Source: Patescibacteria group bacterium (GTDB lineage Bacteria; Patescibacteriota; Minisyncoccia; UBA6257; JAAZHW01). From it: a stretch of DNA of 64,000 nt. The DNA is taken from contig JAOAGL010000001.1 in NCBI GenBank assembly GCA_026415775.1, positions 206,233 through 270,232 on the forward strand, read 5' to 3'. A model generated the notes under the pieces. That model was not told the origin of the DNA. It ran no database searches and saw only the letters and a list, made by a program, of their open reading frames with translations. This document shows positions 57,791 through 64,000 of the stretch, piece after piece (position 1 is the stretch's first letter; each line of letters opens with the position of its first letter). The position numbers and the translations under genes are program-made.

Positions 57791-58940
57791 TGATTTTCAT
57801 TAAAGCTTTGCGATATTGATTAGCAAAACGATGGGCTTCATCGCGGATTTGTTTTAAGATATCAAATGATAATTGTAGCAATTCTTTTATAGATTTTTTT
57901 ATATTTTTTCCAAATATTAATTTATCATTTTGAAATTTGGCAATGCCGATAACGGGTATTTTTAACTCTCTTTTTTCTAAAATTTTTTCGATTGTGTTAA
58001 TTTGAGTTTTTCCACCATCAACCAAGATTAAATCAGGATATGGCCATTCAGAATGATTAAATCGTCGTTCAATCAATTCTTTTAATGCAGATAAGTCATC
58101 ATGAGGGAGGGCAGTTCGAATTTTAAATTTGCGATACGCTTTTTTGTTAAATTCACCATTTTCAAAAACCACCAAACTACCAACGGTATTTTTTCCGCTA
58201 AAATGAGAAATATCGTAACCTTCAATTTTCTGAGTAATTTTTATATCGTTAACTTCTTTTTTAATTAATATTGAATCATCAATTTGAGAAATTAAATTTA
58301 ACTTTTGAGGATAATATTTTTGAAGAAATTTTTTAGCTTTGGAAATTTGACCGCTTAAAAAATCAATCAATGATTCAATAATTTTTTGGTAATCGTTTTC
58401 GGTAATAACGCCAATGCATTTGCCAGCACATAATCCAATTTGATAATGGAAACAAGGACGTGCTTGATTAATTCGACAGGTGCTATAAGGAAAAACTTTT
58501 CTTAATAACAATAATAAATTTTTAGCTAATGAGTAGCTTTGGAGAGGGCCAAAAATAAAAGCATTAGAAAGTAAATATTTTTGTAATTCTCGGCCACGCA
58601 CAATACGTGGATAACTCCATTTAATTTTTGGTATAACAATATAAACAAAAGATCGATTGTCTTTTTCTTTGATATTATAAAATGGTTGATGCTTTTTTAT
58701 GAGATTTGCTTCAAGAATAATTGCTTCAAGAAGATTGGAGGTTTTTTTGATTGTTAAATTATCTGCCTCTTTTATCATTTCTTGAGTTTTTAAATCGTTT
58801 GGTCGCAGATAATTACTTAAGCGGTTTTTTAAATTAACAGCGCGGCCAACATAGATAATTTCTCCCTTTTTATTTTTAAAAATATACACACCAGGCTGAC
58901 GGGGCGCTTTTTTGATTTTTTGAGCAATTTTATTGGTCAT
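57777..58940 (-). CDS. uvrC: Excinuclease ABC subunit C, compact form lacking the C-terminal (HhH)2 domain
   Basis: The GIY-YIG domain is PGVYIFKNKKGEIIYVGRAVNLKNRLSNY. A Cys region follows, and the RNase-H-like endonuclease domain carries DLILVDGGKTQ...RDEAHRFA. At 387 aa it is shorter than the typical ~600. Confidence 0.85.
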   Translation of the reverse strand: MTNKIAQKIKKAPRQPGVYIFKNKKGEIIYVGRAVNLKNRLSNYLRPNDLKTQEMIKEADNLTIKKTSNLLEAIILEANLIKKHQPFYNIKEKDNRSFVYIVIPKIKWSYPRIVRGRELQKYLLSNAFIFGPLQSYSLAKNLLLLLRKVFPYSTCRINQARPCFHYQIGLCAGKCIGVITENDYQKIIESLIDFLSGQISKAKKFLQKYYPQKLNLISQIDDSILIKKEVNDIKITQKIEGYDISHFSGKNTVGSLVVFENGEFNKKAYRKFKIRTALPHDDLSALKELIERRFNHSEWPYPDLILVDGGKTQINTIEKILEKRELKIPVIGIAKFQNDKLIFGKNIKKSIKELLQLSFDILKQIRDEAHRFANQYRKALMKIKKAT

Positions 58941-58945
58941 ATTAT

Positions 58946-61444
58946 TTATTTAATACTTTGTTGTAATTTTTTAAGATAAAAACCAGTATAAGAATTTTTA
59001 TTTTTGGCTACTTCTTCGGGGGTGCCAGTTGCGATAATTCTTCCTCCTTTTTCGCCGCCTTCAGGTCCTAAATCAATAATATAATCGCAGGCATTGATAA
59101 AATAGAGATTATGTTCCACAACAATAATTGTGTTTCCTCTTTCAACAAGCTTTTGTAAAATTTTTAGAAGCAATTCAATATCATAATAATGAAGACCAAC
59201 GGTTGGTTCGTCTAAAAGATAAATAGTTTTAGTGGCATTTTGAGATAGCTCTTTTGCTAATTTAATTCTTTGTGCTTCGCCACCTGATAATGTTGTAGCG
59301 TTTTGTCCTAATTTAATATAACCCAACCCCATTTCTTTTAAAATTTTTAATTTAGAAGCAATATCATAGATGTCAGCGAAAAATTCCAACGCTTCATCAA
59401 CAGTTAAATCTAATACATCTGCAATACTTTTTCCTTGATATTTAACTTCCAACGTTTCGCGATTAAAACGGCGCCCTTTGCAAATTTCGCATTGAACTAA
59501 AATAGGCGGTAGAAAATGCATTTCAACTAATTTATACCCAGCACCTTCGCAAGCTTCACAGCGCCCGCCTTTTACATTAAATGAAAAACGACTTTTAGTA
59601 TAACCACGCGCTCGCGCATCTTCTAATGAAGCAAAGAAGTCGCGAATAGGAGTAAAGACGCCGGTGTAAGTAGCAGGATTTGAGCGGGGTGTTCGTCCAA
59701 TTGGACTTTGGTCAATACGAACTATTCTTCTAATATATTCGGTGCCGAATATTTTTGATGCGTATTCCATTGGCTCGGTAAAACGTCCCAGTTGGTGATT
59801 AATGCTTTTGTAAATAACTTCCATTAATGACGATTTACCACTGCCTGAGACTCCAGTAATAGCAATCTGTTTTCTTAATGGAATTTCAACATTAATATTT
59901 TTTAAATTATTTAGTTTGGCGCCGATTATTTTAATTGTTTCAGTTAATTTGGTGCGACGCGGTGGCACGGGAATTTTTCTTTCTCGTCGTAAATATTCCA
60001 ATGTTAAAGAGTGGATTTTTTTATCATTGAGTAGTTTTTTTGTTTCACCTGCAGCCACTATTTTTCCACCATTAACACCAGCGCCAGGTCCTAAATCAAC
60101 TAGATAATCTGATTCAGCAATTGTTTTTTCATCATGTTCCACAACAATAATAGTATTATTTAAAGCTTTAATTTTTTTGAGTGTGTTTAATAATTTATCT
60201 GTATCGCGTTCATGTAAACCTATAGTGGGTTCATCCAAGACATATAAAGTGTTAGACAATTTAGAACCTAATTGTGAGGCTAAGCGAATACGTTGAGCCT
60301 CACCACCAGATAGCGTTTCTGCTTCACGATGTAAAGTAATATAATCCAAACCAACTTCTAACAAAAATCCTAATCGGTTTAAAATTTCGTTTATTAGTCC
60401 TTCGGCGATGATTTTTTGTTTTTGGGAAAGTTTATCAATTAAATTGATAAAAAATTCATAGCAATCTTCAATGGTTAGACTAACTATATCCCAAATATTT
60501 TTTCCATTAATTTTTACTGCTAATGCCTCAGGTTTTAATCTTTTGCCATGGCAATCAGGACAAATAGTTTCAAGAAAAACATCTTCTTTGCCTAATCCAT
60601 GACAAGTGGGGCAAGCACCATAAGGACTATTAAAAGAAAAAAGACGAGGTTCTATTTCGGGGAATGAAAATCCATCATTGGGACAACTAAAACGCGAAGA
60701 ATACAAAATTGTTTGTTCGGGTTGAGAGGGGAAGAGAATATCTATAAGTCCATTGCTGTATTCCAAAGCTAATTCAATGGCTTCAAATAATCTGGAGGAA
60801 TCATTAATAGGCACTCGGTCAATAACAATTTCAATAGTGTGGATTTTATAACGAGATAAAACAATTTGGTCATGAAGTGAATGAAGTTTTCCATCAATGA
60901 TAGCTTCGGAAAACCCTTTATTTAAGAAATCATAAAGCAATTGATAATATTCTCCTTTGCGACCATAAACAACGGGTGATAAAACGGTTACATAATTGAT
61001 TTTTAACTCCTTAGCTTTACTAATAATTAAATCAAAAATTTCTTCGGTGGATAATTTTTCAATTGGTGTGCCGCAAATAGGGCAGTGGGGTTTTCCAATG
61101 CGAGCAAAAAGAACGCGCAAGTAATCATAAATTTCAGTAAGAGTGCCAACAATAGAACGTGGATTGTGAGAAAGAGCTTTTTGATTTATGGCGATTGCTG
61201 GTGAAAGTCCTTCAATATCATCAACATCAGGTTTTTCCATTTGGCCCAAAAATTGTCTTGCATATGGGGAGAGTGATTCAATATATCTTCTTTGGCCTTC
61301 AGCAAAAAGCGTATCGAAAGCTAGTGAAGACTTTCCAGAGCCAGAGAGGCCAGTAAAAACAATTATTTTATTTTTAGGCAATTCCAGATTAATATTTTTT
61401 AAATTGTGAGTGCGAGCATCTTTAATTTTTATTTTTTCTTCCAT
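58946..61444 (-). CDS. uvrA: Excinuclease ABC subunit A, compact form of 832 aa
   Basis: It has two ABC ATPase modules: GLSGSGKSSLAFDT, and ITGVSGSGKSSL...LSGGEAQRI...LLDEPT. Zinc-finger Cys pairs are present. Confidence 0.95.
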   Translation of the reverse strand: MEEKIKIKDARTHNLKNINLELPKNKIIVFTGLSGSGKSSLAFDTLFAEGQRRYIESLSPYARQFLGQMEKPDVDDIEGLSPAIAINQKALSHNPRSIVGTLTEIYDYLRVLFARIGKPHCPICGTPIEKLSTEEIFDLIISKAKELKINYVTVLSPVVYGRKGEYYQLLYDFLNKGFSEAIIDGKLHSLHDQIVLSRYKIHTIEIVIDRVPINDSSRLFEAIELALEYSNGLIDILFPSQPEQTILYSSRFSCPNDGFSFPEIEPRLFSFNSPYGACPTCHGLGKEDVFLETICPDCHGKRLKPEALAVKINGKNIWDIVSLTIEDCYEFFINLIDKLSQKQKIIAEGLINEILNRLGFLLEVGLDYITLHREAETLSGGEAQRIRLASQLGSKLSNTLYVLDEPTIGLHERDTDKLLNTLKKIKALNNTIIVVEHDEKTIAESDYLVDLGPGAGVNGGKIVAAGETKKLLNDKKIHSLTLEYLRRERKIPVPPRRTKLTETIKIIGAKLNNLKNINVEIPLRKQIAITGVSGSGKSSLMEVIYKSINHQLGRFTEPMEYASKIFGTEYIRRIVRIDQSPIGRTPRSNPATYTGVFTPIRDFFASLEDARARGYTKSRFSFNVKGGRCEACEGAGYKLVEMHFLPPILVQCEICKGRRFNRETLEVKYQGKSIADVLDLTVDEALEFFADIYDIASKLKILKEMGLGYIKLGQNATTLSGGEAQRIKLAKELSQNATKTIYLLDEPTVGLHYYDIELLLKILQKLVERGNTIIVVEHNLYFINACDYIIDLGPEGGEKGGRIIATGTPEEVAKNKNSYTGFYLKKLQQSIK

Positions 61445-61445
61445 A

Positions 61446-63275
61446 CTATTTCAAATCTTCTTTATCAATTAATTCGACAATAGCTTTTTGAATGCTTTGG
61501 GGAGTAATATGATGTTTTTTGTTATATTCAAGCTGAATTTTTCTTCGACGTATAGCTTCGGTAAGTGCTTTTTTAATAGAACCAGTAATTGTGTCGGCAT
61601 AAAGTATAATTTTCCCTTTAACATTTCTAGCAGCTCGCCCCATTAATTGAATTAAAGAAACCTCGCTTCGCAAAAATCCTTCACGATCAGCATCTAAAAT
61701 TGCTACAATTTCTACTTCGGGCAAATCCAATCCTTCGCGCAAAAGATTAACCCCGATTAAAACATCAAAATCACCGCGTCTAAATGCTGTCAAAATCTCT
61801 GCTCGTTCAATGGTTTTTGTGTCAGAATGCATATAATTTGCTTTTATGTTCAAATTGTTTAAATAATCCGTTAATTCTTCCGCTGTTTTTTTAGTTAATG
61901 TGTTAATAAGAATTCTTCCGCCAGTCTGAACTACTTTTTTAATTTCAGTAATAATATCGTCAATCTGACTTAGATTTTTCTTTTTGTCAAAAACTGGACG
62001 AATTTCAATAGGCGGATCGACAAGAAAAGTTGGACGAATAATTTGTTCAACAATTTGTTGCGAATTTTTTATTTCAAATGGACCAGGTGTTGCTGAAGTG
62101 AAAATGATATGATTAGTGCGCTCAAGAAATTCTTTAAATTTTAATGGGCGATTATCTAAGGCCGAAGGCAGACGAAAGCCATATTCCACAAGTGTTTCTT
62201 TGCGCGAACGGTCACCTTCATACATTCCGCGAAGTTGTGGTACAGCAATATGTGATTCATCAATAATTGTCAAAAAGTCAGGTTGGCCATTTTTATAAGG
62301 AAAATAAGACAAAAGAGTTTCTGGTGGTTCGCCAGGTAATTTATTAAGTAAATGACGGGAATAATTTTCAATTCCGTGACAATAACCTAAATTTTTTATC
62401 ATCATCAAATCATTAAGTGTTCGTCTTTCTAGTCGTTCAGCTTCTAAAAATTTTTTTTGTTTTTTAAAGAAATTTACTCGTTCTTTTAATTCTTCTTTTA
62501 TATTTTGGATAGCTTGTTCACGTTGGGGAAGAGTAGAGATGAAATGTTTAATGGGGAAAATAATCAGCTCATTTAATTCTTGTTGAATTTTTCTGGTTAT
62601 GGGGTCAATAATAGATAATTGAGAAATTTTTTGGTTTTTTAATTCAATGCGTTGAATTACTTCGCCAGAGGCTGGTATTAATTCAAAAACATCACCCCGC
62701 ACCCGAAAAACACCACGTTTTAAATCTCCATTTGTTCTCTCAAAATGAATTTTTATTAATTGTTTGATTAAGTCGTTGCGGGTTATCGGTTGATTGAGTT
62801 CCAAATGAATAGCCGCACTGAAATAATTGGATGGGAGACCAAGATTATAGATGCACGAGACAGAAGCGACAATAATAACATCTTTTCTTTTTAATAAAGC
62901 CGATGTGGCCTTGTGACGCAGACGATCAATTTCTTCATTAATTACTGCTTCTTTGGCAATATAAGTGTCAGTTAGGGGAATATAAGCTTCTGGTTGATAA
63001 TAATCGTAGTAAGAAACAAAATAACAAACTTCATTTTCAGGAAAGAAATTTTTGTATTCACGATAAAGTTGGGCAGCCAGGGTTTTATTGGGAGCAATAA
63101 CTAAGACAGGTTTGTTAAATTCGCGGATAACATTAGCTATCGTAAAAGTTTTGCCACTTCCTGTAACGCCTAAAAGTGTTTGAAAGGGATAATTTTTCTT
63201 TAAGCCATTAATAAGTTGTTTGATGGCTTTTGGTTGGTCGCCTGCTGGTTTGTATGGTGATTTAAGTTTAAACAT
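61446..63275 (-). CDS. uvrB: Excinuclease ABC subunit B. ATG is at 63275; the track's GTG at 63293 would add 6 aa
   Basis: FKLKSPYKPAGDQPKAIKQL...GVTGSGKTFTIANV with the helicase motifs. uvrB, uvrA and uvrC are contiguous and same-strand with 1-5 nt gaps, so they form an operon. Confidence 0.95.
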   Translation of the reverse strand: MFKLKSPYKPAGDQPKAIKQLINGLKKNYPFQTLLGVTGSGKTFTIANVIREFNKPVLVIAPNKTLAAQLYREYKNFFPENEVCYFVSYYDYYQPEAYIPLTDTYIAKEAVINEEIDRLRHKATSALLKRKDVIIVASVSCIYNLGLPSNYFSAAIHLELNQPITRNDLIKQLIKIHFERTNGDLKRGVFRVRGDVFELIPASGEVIQRIELKNQKISQLSIIDPITRKIQQELNELIIFPIKHFISTLPQREQAIQNIKEELKERVNFFKKQKKFLEAERLERRTLNDLMMIKNLGYCHGIENYSRHLLNKLPGEPPETLLSYFPYKNGQPDFLTIIDESHIAVPQLRGMYEGDRSRKETLVEYGFRLPSALDNRPLKFKEFLERTNHIIFTSATPGPFEIKNSQQIVEQIIRPTFLVDPPIEIRPVFDKKKNLSQIDDIITEIKKVVQTGGRILINTLTKKTAEELTDYLNNLNIKANYMHSDTKTIERAEILTAFRRGDFDVLIGVNLLREGLDLPEVEIVAILDADREGFLRSEVSLIQLMGRAARNVKGKIILYADTITGSIKKALTEAIRRRKIQLEYNKKHHITPQSIQKAIVELIDKEDLK

Positions 63276-63436
63276 AATAGGGAATTGACCCACCTTCGAT
63301 TTCTCTAGGGGGTACGGTATCAGTATAATTATTTTTCTAAAATAAACAAGAAAAACTTGATTTTTGCAGAAAAATTATTAAAAATAATTTTAATACTTTT
63401 TTGTTTCTAATTTTGACAAAGGTCGTTTGAAAGATA

Positions 63437-63625
63437 ATGACTATGGCCAAAATAGGGAAACAAAGAAGAAAATTACAGATTCGCTTAAGGCAAAAGCGAC
63501 GCGAGACAATTAAAAAATTAAAGGAAGCTTATAAAAAGGCAGCTACTAAAGAGGAAAAAGAAAAAATTATTGAAAAATTTAGAAGAAAACTTCCACATTT
63601 AAACCCAGCTGATTATTTAAAATAA
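63437..63625 (+). CDS. Small basic 62-aa hypothetical protein
   Basis: Lys/Arg-rich and likely helical, followed by a terminator. I recognise no family. Confidence 0.35.
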   Translation: MTMAKIGKQRRKLQIRLRQKRRETIKKLKEAYKKAATKEEKEKIIEKFRRKLPHLNPADYLK

Positions 63626-63628
63626 AAA

Positions 63629-63652
63629 AATTCCGGTTATTCGACCGGAATT
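63629..63652. terminator. Bidirectional terminator
   Basis: AATTCCGGT-tattcg-ACCGGAATT-tttt. It overlaps the stop of the minus-strand L,D-transpeptidase gene. Confidence 0.6.
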
Positions 63653-63990
63653 TTTTCATAAAAAATAAAAACTTTCGTTCTTTTGTTTATAATTTTTTGA
63701 GCTAATTTTTCCACATCTTTGTTGTACATTCTAATACAACCGCTGCTGGCATATGTTCCGATTGATTTTGGGTCATTGGTGCCGTGAATTCGATAAATCG
63801 ATTCTTGACCGTCGAAGGCCAGATAAATTGCTGCTACCCCTAAAGCATTTTGAGGATGACCTGGTGGAACAACATCAGGGAGAATGATATTATATTTTCT
63901 CTGGTAGTTTAATTTGATATTCTCCGTGGGTCGCCACGTGGGATGAAAGACAACTCGAGAAACTTCGCCAATTCTGGGCAATGGTCTCAA
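63637..63990 (-). CDS. L,D-transpeptidase (YkuD) catalytic domain protein; its N-terminus probably continues beyond the window end
   Basis: [29 protein letters not shown] carries the His/Cys active-site motif of YkuD. Confidence 0.7.
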   Translation of the reverse strand: MRPLPRIGEVSRVVFHPTWRPTENIKLNYQRKYNIILPDVVPPGHPQNALGVAAIYLAFDGQESIYRIHGTNDPKSIGTYASSGCIRMYNKDVEKLAQKIINKRTKVFIFYEKIPVE

Positions 63991-64000
63991 GTAATTAATA

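Noticed and set aside
1-64000. Possibility of TGA recoding (genetic code 25/4), raised by the domain-1-less RF1
   Set aside because: Every conserved protein is full-length under the standard code, and TGA terminates at least two well-aligned genes: the glycosyltransferase at 15261-15263 and the PGM-like gene at 20155-20157.
1-64000. CRISPR arrays, rRNA, tmRNA, RNase P RNA, SRP RNA and IS elements
   Set aside because: I scanned the intergenic regions by eye. There were no direct-repeat/spacer arrays, no rRNA-like conserved blocks, no characteristic tmRNA, RNase P or SRP motifs, and no transposase or inverted-repeat pairs.

Overview
This ~64 kb window is AT-rich, gene-dense and almost free of Shine-Dalgarno sequences. 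TGA is used as a normal stop codon. The content and style fit a small-genome bacterium, probably CPR/Patescibacteria-like; that assignment is inference from gene content. Most of the window is core information-processing genes: rpoB (3' end)-rpoC, rpsO and pnp with a NYN-domain gene inserted between them, xerD, nusA, tig-clpP, rplS, ychF, rbfA, yvcK-like, a split comEC, corA, rpsL-rpsG-fusA with no tuf after it, ileS, truB, cysS, rplY, a domain-1-less RF1, rpmE, rpsB-tsf, a tRNA-Thr/Tyr/Thr-rpmG-tRNA-Trp cluster, secG, an oligopeptide-type substrate-binding protein, a cupin-type PGI, RNase J, a divergent Trm9-like methyltransferase plus Elp3 pair, and a compact uvrB-uvrA-uvrC operon. I identified eight tRNAs by hand folding: Leu-GAG, Cys-GCA, Leu-CAA, Thr-TGT, Tyr-GTA, Thr-GGT, Trp-CCA and Leu-CAG. 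The most interesting region is 33.2-42.2 kb. It holds an unannotated 56-codon Cys-rich small ORF, immediately followed by an ABC-F ATPase and an enzyme with an N-terminal PqqD-like peptide-recognition element fused to a radical SAM and SPASM/twitch domain, which together look like a RiPP biosynthetic locus. Downstream of it are a small methyltransferase, a signal-peptide protein with an outer-membrane-barrel-like C-terminus, and a 1172-aa Cys-rich, Thr/Pro-linker, PKD/Ig-repeat surface protein. Hand-derived coordinates may be off by 1-2 nt.
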